From: an uncultured bacterium
GTDB lineage: Bacteria; Krumholzibacteriota; Krumholzibacteriia; LZORAL124-64-63
Length of the DNA: 64,000 bases
Direction: 5' to 3'
Assembly (NCBI GenBank): GCA_963727525.1
Contig: CAVSGO010000003.1
Location: forward strand, 32,001-96,000
Shown here: positions 31,859 through 42,509 of the stretch, piece after piece
Layout of the letters: the number at the start of each line of letters is the position of its first letter
Position numbering within the stretch: the first letter of the stretch is position 1
Translations under genes and position numbers: made by a program
The notes under the pieces: model-generated
The model's database searches: none
What the model saw: only the letters and a program-made list of their open reading frames with translations
Told to the model about the DNA's origin: nothing

Positions 31859-33086
31859 CGTGCCACGAAGAATGTTGACGGGTCCAGCGCTTGCCTGGGC
31901 CCGTCCTCATGAACACCAAAACCCTCACTTCATGCCCTACGCTTCCTCCCCACTGCCCCAACCCTAACTGCAAATACCACAAGCCTCAGCCGCATTCCTG
32001 GCCCTTCGCGCTCTTCGGCACCTTCTCCCGAAAATCCCCGCCCTACACCGTCCAGCGCTACCTCTGCCTGGCCTGCGGCAGGACCTGCTCAGACCAGACC
32101 TTCCGCACCACATACTGGCTCAAACGCGCCGATCTCCTGCCCAAGGTCCACAAGCACGCCGTCTCAGGCGCCGCCAACCGCCAGATCGCCAGGCTCCTCG
32201 ACACCTCGCCGACGACCGTCGACAACCTCCTCGCCCGCCTCGGCCGACACTGCATCCTCTTCCATCGACACCTGGTGTCCCAGGCGTCACCCTTCGTGGA
32301 CATCGCCATCGACGGCCTCGTCACCTTCGAGCACTCCCAGTACTTCCCCTACGAGATCGTCACGGCCGTCGATCGCCCCTCCAGCTTCATCATCCACTTC
32401 GCCGAGGCCGAGCGGCGACGCAGCGGGGCGATGACCGACGAGCAGAAATGGAAACGGTCCCTCTTTGAACAAAACTATGGCCGGCCGGACCCCAGGTCGT
32501 TGATGCGGGCGCTGCTCGAGGTGCTCTCGGTCTCGCTCGACGGCGCCACCGAGGCCCACATCTGGAGCGACAAGCACAAGACCTATCCCTACGCGATCGC
32601 GAAGCTACGGTATTGCAAGGTGATCCACGAGACGATCGACTCCCGTGAGCCGCGGACGAGTCGCAACCCGTTGTTCGAGGTCAACTTGCTGGACATGTTG
32701 CTGCGGCATTGTCTGAAAGACCACACGCGGGAGACGATCGCGTTCGGGAAGCGACGCCAGCATTCGATCTACCGGCTGGCGATCTTCCTGGTGTGGCGCA
32801 ACACGATCAAGTTGCGTCGGGAGAAGCGGTGCTGGAGCACGCCGGCGATGCAGATCGGGATCGCCACGAAGCCCCTGACCGAGGAGGAGGTGTTGTCGCG
32901 GCGGCTGTTCGTGTCGCATATCGAGTTGCCGCCGTTGTGGGATGACTACTACTGGCGACGGGTCGAGACGCGGCCATTGAAGGTGAACCGCAGGCACAAG
33001 CTGACGTACGCCGCGTAGTGAGAAAGTCGGGCCTAGCGGGCGAGATGGCGGTGCGAAGCCTCGTCAACATTCTTCTTGGCACAACC
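31858..33086 (+). mobile_element. IS1-like insertion sequence
   Basis: Inverted repeats GTGCCACGAAGAATGTTGACG (31860-31880) and CGTCAACATTCTTCTTGGCAC (33062-33082), 20/21 match, around a single transposase ORF. Confidence 0.85.
31909..33018 (+). CDS. Transposase, IS1-like (Zn finger, HTH, DDE)
   Basis: CPNPNC...QRYLCLACGR, RQIARLL HTH, IAIDG / IWSD / FEVN acidic motifs, TPAMQIG. Confidence 0.8.
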   Translation: MNTKTLTSCPTLPPHCPNPNCKYHKPQPHSWPFALFGTFSRKSPPYTVQRYLCLACGRTCSDQTFRTTYWLKRADLLPKVHKHAVSGAANRQIARLLDTSPTTVDNLLARLGRHCILFHRHLVSQASPFVDIAIDGLVTFEHSQYFPYEIVTAVDRPSSFIIHFAEAERRRSGAMTDEQKWKRSLFEQNYGRPDPRSLMRALLEVLSVSLDGATEAHIWSDKHKTYPYAIAKLRYCKVIHETIDSREPRTSRNPLFEVNLLDMLLRHCLKDHTRETIAFGKRRQHSIYRLAIFLVWRNTIKLRREKRCWSTPAMQIGIATKPLTEEEVLSRRLFVSHIELPPLWDDYYWRRVETRPLKVNRRHKLTYAA

Positions 33087-33136
33087 TATTTCTTGCCGCT
33101 ACCGCATGGGCAGGGGTCGTTCCGTCCGAAGCTCAT
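33086..33136 (-). pseudogene. SEC-C motif protein truncated by the IS
   Basis: MSFGRNDPCPCGSGKK then TA|G, where the G is the first base of the IS end. Confidence 0.75.
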
Positions 33137-33263
33137 CGGTAGTCCTTCATGAGGGCACCTGGACGTTCCGGTTCCGCACGTAGCCGAAGATAGCACGGAC
33201 TGCGAGCGGGCTGCAAAACGAAGGGGAACGAGCCGGCCCTGGCCCTCGATGGCCCGCGGGCTC

Positions 33264-36050
33264 TCACCCGCGCGGATCTCCGCTCTCCATGAACCCGCAC
33301 GCATCGGCCAGCACGACCTCCACCAGATCCTCCGGCGCTGCCTGGGCGACATTGGTGTAGCTCGCCGCGAGTCCTTCCGCGCGTCCGATCAGCGCTGCCT
33401 GCTCGAGGCTCAGGAGTCCCCGGGGAACCAGCACCTCGTATATCAGTCTCGCCGGGGGAAGATCCGCGGCGGGGTCGCGTTCGCCGTCGTCGCACGCAAG
33501 GGATCTCGCCACGGCGAGCATGCAGGCGTGGGCCTGGGCCATGGCTTCGGCGCCTGCGCCGGCGGCTCGCAGCGCGGAGGCGGCTGTGAACTTGCGGCGC
33601 GCCACGGCGAGATGTTCGGCGCGTCGCGGATTCGCGTCGGTGCCAGCAGCGGCGGGGGCCTCGGTCGTGTCCGCAGCGGCGATCGAAGGCGTTGCGATGT
33701 CGTCCGCGAATTCCGGAACGACGTCTCCTCCCATCGCCTCCCGGAACACGGCGAGGCACGACGTGGGGGCTTCCAAGGTCTCGATGTCCGCACCCTGATC
33801 CAGCGCCGCGCCGAACAGCGCTTGCTTGTTCGCCAGCGTGTGTTCGAGGCCGGCTTCGAACGAGTCGTCGGCGATCAGGAAGTGGACCAGCACGGGCTCG
33901 GTCTGGCCGTGCCGGTGGACACGGCCGATGCGTTGCTCCAGGACGGCCGGGTTCCACGGCAGCTCGAGGTTGATGACCGAGCTGGCGAACTGCAGGTTCA
34001 GGCCGACGCCGCCGGCGTCGGTGGAGATGAACACGCGGCAGTCCGGGTCGTCGCGGAAGCGATCGATCAGGGCGCCGCGCCGGGCCGTCGGCACGCCACC
34101 ATGGAAGCGCACGTAGCCGAGGCCGAGGGCTTCGGCGCGCGCGGCGGCCAGGCGACCGAAGGTTTCCCATTCGCTGAAGACGACGACCTTGCGATCCGTG
34201 TCGGCGCAGAGATCCTCGAGCAGTCGCGCGAACTCGTCCAGCTTGGGCGAGCCCTCGGTCTCCTTGTCCACGAGCCCCGCCGCGTTGCAGGCCATGCGCG
34301 CCATCTGCATGGCGCTGAAGAGGCGTTTCAGCTCGACCGGCCGCAGGGGTCGTTTCTCGGCCAGCGCCGCGTAGCGCGCCGCGGTCTGCACGCCTTCCTC
34401 CATCAGGTTGCGTTGCGCCGCCGTCATGCCCACATAGAAACGCGAGTCGATGCGCTCGGGGAGCTGCAGCTTCACCTCGTCTTTGGTGCGGCGCAGCACC
34501 ACCGGCGCCAGGCGTCGGCGCAGTTCATCCAGCTTGCGGTAGCCGAGGATCTTGCTGCGACCTTCTTCGTGTACGATGAAGCGTTCGTTGTAGGCCCACA
34601 GTGGTCCGAGCACGCGGCGGTCGATCACCTGCATGATGCTATAGAGATCGTCGAGGCGGTTCTGCAGCGGCGTGCCGGTGAGGACGAAGACGAACGGCGT
34701 GTGGATGTGCTTGATCGCCTCGGCTGTCTTCGTGTGCCAGTTGCGAATGCGCTGGGCCTCGTCGAGGATCAGGAGATCGGGCTTGAGCCCGGCGACGGCG
34801 GCCTGGTCGCGCAGCATCAGCTCGTAGTTGGCGATGGTGAAGGGGGCGTGCTCACGATAAGTGTTCAGGCGCGCCCGTGGCGAGCCCTGGACGACCGTCG
34901 GCTCGAGGTCGGTGAAGCGGCGGATCTCGCTTGCCCACTGCGCCTTGAGCGATGCGGGGCAGACGACGAGCGTGCGGCTCGCTTCGCCTCGATTGCGCAG
35001 GGCCGCATCGGCCGCGATGGCCTGAACGGTCTTGCCGAGGCCCATCTCGTCGCCGAGCAGGGCACGTCCGGTGGCGGCGAGGAATGCCACGCCTTCGCGC
35101 TGGAACGGGTAGAGGTCGACTGCGACGCCCGGGATGCGGCCCGCGTGGGCGAGCATGGCAGGTCGCACCTCGTCATGCCGCGCGCGACGGCAGCGGTCGT
35201 CGGCACACGTTTGCGCGAGATCGATGGCGTCGTCGTAGATGACCAGGTTGCGCAGGCGGTGCGCCCGTACCTGTAAGCGTGCGAACTCGGTTCCGGGATC
35301 GCCGTGGAAGACGCCGGACCCGTCGAAGAACTCGCCGGCCAGGGCCTTCATCGCCGGCGTTGGCTGCGGGGGTAGGAGCAACCGGATGCACGGCGCATCG
35401 CGACGGTCGGCGACGATCTGGGCGATGCCCGGTCCCGTGTCGGCCAGGCGTTCGAACCGGCGCGGTGCGCGCTTCCGCAGACGGTACAGTACCGCTTCGA
35501 TGTGCTTGCAGGTGCCGATCATGGACGTGGCGTGGTCCAGACAGGTGCAACCGTTGACCTGGTCGCATAACGACCGGATCTCGACGACGTACTCGTTGCC
35601 CGACGGCGACGCGACCTCGAAGGTGCCGAAGACACGGTCGCCTGCGAGGAGGTGGATCGCGAAGTCGTCGCTCTCGCCACGACGGCGGCGCACCTCGAGT
35701 TCGCGGGCCTCGAGCGCGGCCAGGGTCGGAAGCTCCCGACTCCCATCGATCTCCAGATGGGCGGCCAGCACAGCGATACCGTGCTTGCAGAATGGCTCCC
35801 AGTCGAAGGGGCAGGTGCACACGCAGCCCACCAGGTCGCCATCGCGCGTGACCTCCACCTTGTAGGGAGCGCGTGCATTGCCCGACACCCGCGCCGTCAA
35901 CTTGCCGTCAGCCGCCGCCAGATGGGTGACGCGGCCAGACGCAGCGTAGGCGAGGCCGCGAGCGACAATCCTGGGGCTTGCCAATGCGAAGACGTCGAGA
36001 TCGGCGAAGCGATCGATCAACGATGGGACGGGGCGGGTGGGTGTGGTCAT
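33264..36050 (-). CDS. SWIM zinc finger plus SNF2-family helicase
   Basis: CTCP...CKH and CTCLD...CKH SWIM motifs, DEMGLGKT, DEAQ, LTGTPLQN, STDAGGVGLNLQ, PWNPAVLEQRIGR. Confidence 0.92.
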   Translation of the reverse strand: MTTPTRPVPSLIDRFADLDVFALASPRIVARGLAYAASGRVTHLAAADGKLTARVSGNARAPYKVEVTRDGDLVGCVCTCPFDWEPFCKHGIAVLAAHLEIDGSRELPTLAALEARELEVRRRRGESDDFAIHLLAGDRVFGTFEVASPSGNEYVVEIRSLCDQVNGCTCLDHATSMIGTCKHIEAVLYRLRKRAPRRFERLADTGPGIAQIVADRRDAPCIRLLLPPQPTPAMKALAGEFFDGSGVFHGDPGTEFARLQVRAHRLRNLVIYDDAIDLAQTCADDRCRRARHDEVRPAMLAHAGRIPGVAVDLYPFQREGVAFLAATGRALLGDEMGLGKTVQAIAADAALRNRGEASRTLVVCPASLKAQWASEIRRFTDLEPTVVQGSPRARLNTYREHAPFTIANYELMLRDQAAVAGLKPDLLILDEAQRIRNWHTKTAEAIKHIHTPFVFVLTGTPLQNRLDDLYSIMQVIDRRVLGPLWAYNERFIVHEEGRSKILGYRKLDELRRRLAPVVLRRTKDEVKLQLPERIDSRFYVGMTAAQRNLMEEGVQTAARYAALAEKRPLRPVELKRLFSAMQMARMACNAAGLVDKETEGSPKLDEFARLLEDLCADTDRKVVVFSEWETFGRLAAARAEALGLGYVRFHGGVPTARRGALIDRFRDDPDCRVFISTDAGGVGLNLQFASSVINLELPWNPAVLEQRIGRVHRHGQTEPVLVHFLIADDSFEAGLEHTLANKQALFGAALDQGADIETLEAPTSCLAVFREAMGGDVVPEFADDIATPSIAAADTTEAPAAAGTDANPRRAEHLAVARRKFTAASALRAAGAGAEAMAQAHACMLAVARSLACDDGERDPAADLPPARLIYEVLVPRGLLSLEQAALIGRAEGLAASYTNVAQAAPEDLVEVVLADACGFMESGDPRG

Positions 36051-36313
36051 GGCGGCTCCGGGAGAAAGTACGAAGCGGTTGCGCGATCGTCGTCGAGATG
36101 GAGTCCATCGGCAACGGGTCACTGGTGGAAATGCATGGAGGTCACACCCCTGAGTTTCAGCCTACACTCATTCGGCGCAGATGTCAGTTTTTGACGTCGA
36201 CTCGCAGGAGCCCGGCGACGGGCCAGAGATCGCCGGCGCCTTGTCGACACCCCCGATCCCGCCTAGAATCCCTCAGGTTCGCACCGCACTCCTCAGACCG
36301 ATCCGGAGCCGCC

Positions 36314-39169
36314 ATGGTCCTTCAACCCGGTCGCAAGCTGGGCCACTACGAGATCGTCGGTAAGCTGGGTGCGGGGGGTATGGGTGTGGTGTACCGGGCC
36401 CGCGACACGCGGCTCGGGCGGGAGGTGGCGCTGAAGGTCCTGTCCGACAGAGCGGGTCTGGGCGACGACCAGCGCTCCAGGTTCCGTCGTGAGGCGCAGA
36501 CCATCAGTAGCCTGAATCACCCGCACATCTGCACCTTGCATGATGTGGGTGAGGTGGACGGAATCGACTTTCTCGTGATGGAGCTGGTCGACGGTCGCAC
36601 GCTGGCGGAGAGGCTTGGCGAGGGGGCGCTGCCCGTGGCCGAGTTGCTGGCCCTGGCGGACCAGATCCTCTCCGCATTGGCGGCGGCTCATCAGGCGGGA
36701 CTGGTTCACCGCGACTTGAAGCCCGGCAACCTCATGTTGACCGCCACGGGGATCAAGCTGCTCGATTTCGGGTTGGCGCGCACGGCCGCGAAGCGCGCCG
36801 GGGTGTCCGACGACGCCGACGACGCGACGACGGTGGAGTCTCCGTTGACCACCGCCGGCGCACTGGTCGGCACGCTTCCCTACATGGCGCCGGAACAGCT
36901 CGAGGGGCGGGAGGCGGACGAGCGGTCCGACGTCTTCGCGTTCGGGTGCGTCCTCTACGAGATGACGACGGGGCGGCGGCCATTTCCGGGTAACGATCTG
37001 ACGTCTCGTCTGAGCGCTCTGCTTCGGCACCGGCCGGCACCCCTGTGGCAGCTCAATCGCGGCCTGCCCCGGGGCCTGGACCCCATCGCCGCGCGATGCC
37101 TGGAGCTGGACCCGAACCTGCGGTATGCCGATGCCGGCGAGGTTCGGGATGAACTGGCGGCCCTGATGGCGTGGCCGCGCGAGGAGGGGATTCCCGAGCT
37201 GATCAGCCTGTGCGAGCGGATCCTGATCCTGGAGGAGAGCCGCGATTCCTGGACCGCCTTCGAGCTTGCGGCCGAGATCGAGAAACTCGCTCCCGGGGAT
37301 CCGGTGGTCGAGAAGCTGCGGCCCGAATTCGCCAATCCGGTCTCCTTCACCTCGGATCCGCCCGGCGTTCGGGTCTTCGCCGCATACTACGGCGATCCCG
37401 AGACGCAGGAGACGGATCTGGGGTGCACGCCGATTTCGGACCTGTCGTTTCCGCGCGGCCTGGCTCGAGTGCGCCTCGAACTCGACGACCACCGGACCGT
37501 GCACGACCTGGTGTGGATGCTCGGCCCCGATGTGAACAACGCCACGGACGAGGAATCGAGCACCTGGCACTACCAGTTGCGGACGCCGGACGAGTTGCCG
37601 GCTGACATGGAAGAGGTGCCTGCCGGGCGTTTCCCACTGTTCATGCCCGGACTCGATCACCTGGATGCCGAGCCGACCGGCGCGTTCCTCATGGACCGGC
37701 ATCCCGTGACGAACCGGCAGTTCAGTCGCTTCCTCGCCGACGGTGGCTATGCCCGGGAAGAACTCTGGCCGGCGTCGATGCGCGAGGGAGAAGTGCTACT
37801 GGCCTGGAGCGAAGCCATGGCCCGGTTCGTCGACAGCGTGGGACAACCCGGTCCGGCCGGCTGGGTCATGGGCGTGTGTCCGGCCGGCGAAGATGATCAT
37901 CCGGTGACCGGAATCAGCTGGTACGAAGCGGCGGCTTATGCCGCGTGGGTCGGCAAGTCGCTGCCCAGCCTCTTTCACTGGAACCGGGCGGCCTTGACGG
38001 TATCCGGCGCCCAGATCGTCCCCGCGGCCAATCTCGGGGGGCGGGGTACGGTCCCGGTCGGACAGACCCGCAGCATCAACCGGTTCGGCGTTCACGATCT
38101 GGCGGGCAACGTGCGCGAGTGGATCTTCAATCCGGTCGAGGGGACCGGCGACCGCTTCACGCTGGGGGGCGGCTGGAACGATCCCGGCTATGCGTTCGTG
38201 GACGCCTACGCCCAGCCTGCCTGCGACCGGTCCGCGACCAACGGATTCCGCTGCATCATCGCGAGAGAGGCCGCCGACGGAACCGAAAGGCTTCGACGGG
38301 CCATACCGGTCCCGTTTCACGACTTCGGCGCCGAGGAGCCCGTGTCCGACGAGGTCTTCGGGTACTTCCTGAGGCAGTTCCAGTACGACCGATTGCCCCT
38401 GGCGAACACCTTGGTCTGCGACCGTGAGGTCCCGACCGGACGCTGGCAGACCCACGAGATCGACGCCGCGTACGGTCGGCAGAGGATGCAGCTGCACCTG
38501 TTCCTGCCTGTGGGCGGTCGCGCGCCCTACCAGACGGCCATTCTTTTCCCGGGGTCGTTCGTGCTGCAGAAACGGGTGTTCGATCTCGACGAGTTCCGGC
38601 GTGTCGACTTCCTCGTCCGCAGCGGCCGCGCGGTCCTGCTGCCGGTGTACCACGGCACCTATGAGCGCGGCGGACAGCTGGTATCCGATTGTCCGGACGG
38701 ATCCACGACGTACAAGGACCACCTCGTCAAGTGGGGCAAGGACCTCGGCCGGGCCGTCGATTTCGTGGAGGCGCATGCCGAGCTGGATGCCGAGCGGTTG
38801 GCCTACTACGGAGTCAGCTGGGGCGGTGCACTCGGGGCGATCCTCCCGGCCGTCGAACCGCGAATCAAGGTCAACATCCTGTACGTGGCGGGCTTTTGCT
38901 TCCAGCGGCCCCTGCCGGAAGCCGACCAGATCAACTACGTCTCCCGGGTTCGCCAACCGACGCTGATGCTCAACGGGAAGCTCGACTTCTATTTTCCGGC
39001 CCGGACCTCTCAGGAGCCGATGTTCGAGCGCCTCGGGACTCCGGCGGCGGACAAGAAGCGGCTGACGTACGAACGCGGCCATACGGTGCCCAAGACGGAG
39101 ATGATCCGGGAATCGCTCGTGTGGCTGGACCGGTACCTGGGCCGGGTCGCCCCCGTGCCGCGCGGGTGA
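36314..39169 (+). CDS. Ser/Thr kinase fused to FGE-sulfatase domain and alpha/beta hydrolase
   Basis: HRDLKPGN/DFG/APE; HPVTGISWYEAAAY and HDLAGNVREW; GVSWG nucleophile elbow with downstream D and H. Confidence 0.9.
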   Translation: MVLQPGRKLGHYEIVGKLGAGGMGVVYRARDTRLGREVALKVLSDRAGLGDDQRSRFRREAQTISSLNHPHICTLHDVGEVDGIDFLVMELVDGRTLAERLGEGALPVAELLALADQILSALAAAHQAGLVHRDLKPGNLMLTATGIKLLDFGLARTAAKRAGVSDDADDATTVESPLTTAGALVGTLPYMAPEQLEGREADERSDVFAFGCVLYEMTTGRRPFPGNDLTSRLSALLRHRPAPLWQLNRGLPRGLDPIAARCLELDPNLRYADAGEVRDELAALMAWPREEGIPELISLCERILILEESRDSWTAFELAAEIEKLAPGDPVVEKLRPEFANPVSFTSDPPGVRVFAAYYGDPETQETDLGCTPISDLSFPRGLARVRLELDDHRTVHDLVWMLGPDVNNATDEESSTWHYQLRTPDELPADMEEVPAGRFPLFMPGLDHLDAEPTGAFLMDRHPVTNRQFSRFLADGGYAREELWPASMREGEVLLAWSEAMARFVDSVGQPGPAGWVMGVCPAGEDDHPVTGISWYEAAAYAAWVGKSLPSLFHWNRAALTVSGAQIVPAANLGGRGTVPVGQTRSINRFGVHDLAGNVREWIFNPVEGTGDRFTLGGGWNDPGYAFVDAYAQPACDRSATNGFRCIIAREAADGTERLRRAIPVPFHDFGAEEPVSDEVFGYFLRQFQYDRLPLANTLVCDREVPTGRWQTHEIDAAYGRQRMQLHLFLPVGGRAPYQTAILFPGSFVLQKRVFDLDEFRRVDFLVRSGRAVLLPVYHGTYERGGQLVSDCPDGSTTYKDHLVKWGKDLGRAVDFVEAHAELDAERLAYYGVSWGGALGAILPAVEPRIKVNILYVAGFCFQRPLPEADQINYVSRVRQPTLMLNGKLDFYFPARTSQEPMFERLGTPAADKKRLTYERGHTVPKTEMIRESLVWLDRYLGRVAPVPRG

Positions 39170-39197
39170 CCCGACCGATCGGTCCTCGGGGGTGGCG

Positions 39198-39479
39198 CTA
39201 GGGCGTGAACTCGTCCAGGACCCGGATGGTATCGACCTTCAGGCCGTCCTCGGCCATGGCCTTCTTGCCCGCGTCGGAATACAGGAGCGCCAGGAATGCG
39301 GCCGTGTCCGGTACCTCGAATACGACGGCCGCCGAATCGGGGTGCTGCTTGCTCCGGAAGGTGCGGGCCTTGACGCCGATCTTCGCGAACAGCGCGTGTC
39401 GACTGTCCGGACCGCTTCCCCAGGCTTTCGCCCAGTGATTTCCGTCCTTCACGTCGTGGGTGATAACCACGGTCGCCAT
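39198..39479 (-). CDS. Small dimeric alpha+beta barrel-like hypothetical protein
   Basis: VVITHDVKD..HW...AMAEDGL pattern; RBS GAGG. Confidence 0.7.
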   Translation of the reverse strand: MATVVITHDVKDGNHWAKAWGSGPDSRHALFAKIGVKARTFRSKQHPDSAAVVFEVPDTAAFLALLYSDAGKKAMAEDGLKVDTIRVLDEFTP

Positions 39480-39681
39480 CTTGGAACCTCCTGGTTGAGT
39501 GGGAGTGCTCGACTGGCGTCCCTATAGGCATCTTCCCGGCGGGTGTTCCAGATTAATTTTGTCCAATTGCAGCGGGGCGCATTGTGGCATGATCTTTCAA
39601 GCCTGCGCCCGCGCCGCATTCACGCTGGCCGGCACGTCCTGCGACCCCGCCTCCGATGTTATCAGATACGCGCAAGCATCG

Positions 39682-39828
39682 GGTTGTGCCTCGAAGATTG
39701 TTGAACGCGCCCGCCGACGGATCATTTCGACATTAAACACATGAAACCTCGTCGTTCTTGGGTCGCCTACGTTGGTAATCGGCCATTTTCTAGCCGTTTC
39801 GGCCCCCTCAACATTCTTCCAGGCACGT
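39682..39828 (-). mobile_element. MITE (147 bp) with ends related to the IS1-like element
   Basis: GGTTGTGCCTCGAAGATTGTTGA ... TCAACATTCTTCCAGGCACGT; non-coding interior. Confidence 0.75.
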
Positions 39829-41292
39829 CACACAGATTGCCGAGGTCCCGGCGCACGGTGTCGGCGTAGAACGCGGGGAGGTGGTCGCTCTCGCGGGCGA
39901 GGTAGGCGCGGATTTCGGGGTCGGTGTCCAGGCGTTGGCGCAGGTGGCGAAATTGTTTCGGGCGGCCGGAGCCCTCCGACGAGATGGCGCGGACGACGTT
40001 CAACCAGCGCGGCAGCATCGTCCGGTTCGCACGCAGACGCTTCAGCATGGTGCGGCCGCTGAAGCTGTATTGCGTGAGGTCGATGACGTGGTCATAGAAT
40101 TCGCGCCAGCCGTAGTGGAGCGGGACCACGTTCATCGCGTGGTTGTTGTCCAGAAAGTGGAACGGGAAGGGGATCACGCGATTGCTGCGCTGCAGTTCCA
40201 GGTTCAAGGGTGCGGCGCGACCGAAGGCCGTCAGCAGCGAGTAGCCCGGAAAGACGCCGGGGGTTAGGTCGATGAATCGCTTGGTGAGCGCGAACGGCGC
40301 GTCGCCCTCGTCGCAATCGAGGCCCAGCACGAAATTGGCCTGCACATAGGGTACGTGGCGCATGATCATGTTGATCTGATCCGAAACGTGCGTGACCCTG
40401 TCCTCGGCCGTGCGATTGCCGCAGCGCGCCTTCTGTCCGAACCCGAACCACAACTCGACGCCAGGCAGCAGCGCCTTGAATCCGTTGCGCTGCAGCCTCT
40501 TGACGTGTGGCTCGGTGAGCAGGCCGAGTGAACTCTCGGCGGCGAAATCGATGCTGCCCGGTGGCACCGCGTCCTCGATCGCATCGAGGCAATCGTCGAA
40601 CCGGACGCCGAAGTTCGGATCATGCCAGCCGACCCGCGGATGGGGCATGCGGGTGCGCAGGAAGCGCAGGTCGGCCTTGAGCACGTCGAAGGAGAAGGGC
40701 TGGTAGGGAACGGCCGCGTCGATGCAGAACGCGAAGGTGTAGGGGCAGCCGAGACTGCTGATCATCGGCACGAGCTTCAGCACCGGAGCCTTGCGGAGCG
40801 TTTGCGCCACGAACGGCCAGCGCTCCGCGAGGGCCGGCAGCGTCTCGGGCTGGCGCGTGGCCGACATGTGCAGGCCAAGGGGACGGTGCGGTTCGCAGTC
40901 TTGCAGGACGTCCTGGATCAACGGCCGGTCCGTGAAGCCGAATACGTAGTCGTAATAGCGCCGCGCGTCTTCCGGATAGCAGCGCGCATGGGGGCCGCCG
41001 AGGGCCGTGACCGCGCCACGCGAGCGAAAGAGATTGCTGAGCGCATACCCGAGCTGCGCCGATTCGTGAATCCGCAGATGAACACCATGTCGCAGTCGTC
41101 GGACAATTCGCGGGCGAGATCCTCGAGGCCGGTGTAGCAGACGAAGTCGACCCGGTGCCCGAGTTCCTGGCACCAGACCGCGACGGCCTGCGGCATGATG
41201 GAGGCGAGGTTGGCGTGCATCATGCGCGCGTAGAGCGCGCGCGTCGGGGCCTTGTGGACCAGATCGATGATGGCGATGCGGCGTTTGGGCAA
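39829..41292 (-). pseudogene. B12-binding radical SAM protein, disrupted
   Basis: SSLGCPYTFAFCID (middle Cys lost), LGGPHAR, DPNFG, FAAESSL; frameshift near 41065; 3' end cut by the MITE. Confidence 0.8.
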
Positions 41293-41584
41293 CAGATCCC
41301 CGGTTCCGTCGGCCCGCCCAGCGGCGGTGGTAACCCGACCAGACGACACGATCCAATATTATCGAGATCGGTCGGTGCCGGCGATGACCCGGGCCGACGT
41401 CTCCTCGGGAAGGCCCTGCTTCCCAGTTCCAAGTTGCGGCAGAATGGGTCGTGGCAACGGGATACCGTGCCCCGGGGGAGAATCGATTTGAGGTCCTCGA
41501 CATGAAATCCTATGATGACGCCAACTGGTGTCGGGGCTCCGGCATTCCAGACCCGCGTCACACCGTACCGGGAGGGTGCCGTCG

Positions 41585-42463
41585 ATGGCAAGGGGTCCGA
41601 AGAGACGGACGATGGTCTTCGTCGACTACAGCGCGTTGCGGGACACCCTGCGCAAGAACGCCTGGCTTGCCGTCGACGCGGGGCCGCACGCGGAACTCGA
41701 TTTCGAGACCCTGGGACGTCGCCTCGTCGGCGAGGATGGGGAATTCATTCGCCTGTACCTCTATACGGCGACACCGATCGAGGTCGAGGAACGCGATGAC
41801 GGTCTTACCATGCACAACATCCCGGCGCATGATCACGAAGTCTACCGCGCCCGGGTCGTGTCGCGCACGTTTCAGGATCTGGTGAGGCAGGTCGACAGCC
41901 GTAGCCCGTACACGGATCTCCAGTGTGGTCGGATGGTCCTTCGTCGTGTGCAACTCAGGCATGGGCCGGCCTTCGAATGGGTGCAGCAGGTATTCTCGGG
42001 AATCGACCCGGGCGAGGAACGCGACGAATTGCTGGAGTACTTCTCGCGCGCTGCGAAGGTGAACTCCGAGGCCAAGGCGGCGCGTGAAGAACTGAGCCGC
42101 CGGATCGTCAGGTTGAAAGACGAGGGGCGGATACCGCCCGAGATGATGTCGTCCTACACGTGGAAGCTCTCGGAGCTGATCGACGAGCAGCTGGATTTCT
42201 CGGAAAAGGGCGTGGATACGCGGCTCACGGTGCAGATGCTGGAGCACTGCATGCACGATTCGTTCGACGATGCCGTACTCTTTGCCGCCGACGAGGACTA
42301 CGTCCCGCTGGTCGAGGCCGTGAAGCGCACGGGCCGACGCGTCATCCACGCGTTCTGGGACGTGCAGAACGTGGGGTGGCAACTCCGGCGTATCTGCGAT
42401 CACTCGATCTTGCTGGGGAAAGACGACGTCAGGGCGTTGCAGATGCCGGATTCGGATGGTTGA
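41585..42463 (+). CDS. NYN/LabA (PIN-like) domain protein
   Basis: MVFVDYS, RLYLY, EKGVDTRL, FAADEDYVPLVEAVKRTGRRV, LRRICD. Confidence 0.85.
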   Translation: MARGPKRRTMVFVDYSALRDTLRKNAWLAVDAGPHAELDFETLGRRLVGEDGEFIRLYLYTATPIEVEERDDGLTMHNIPAHDHEVYRARVVSRTFQDLVRQVDSRSPYTDLQCGRMVLRRVQLRHGPAFEWVQQVFSGIDPGEERDELLEYFSRAAKVNSEAKAAREELSRRIVRLKDEGRIPPEMMSSYTWKLSELIDEQLDFSEKGVDTRLTVQMLEHCMHDSFDDAVLFAADEDYVPLVEAVKRTGRRVIHAFWDVQNVGWQLRRICDHSILLGKDDVRALQMPDSDG

Positions 42464-42509
42464 ACTCGGCCCCGACCGTTGCGTCGGCCCGGATGGAGAG
42501 GACACGGAC

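Noticed and set aside
33249-35276. Long antisense or alternate-frame ORFs (also 7009-9132, 42429-44492, 51632-53464, 55975-57636)
   Set aside because: Shadows of real genes caused by high-GC codon bias; no motifs.
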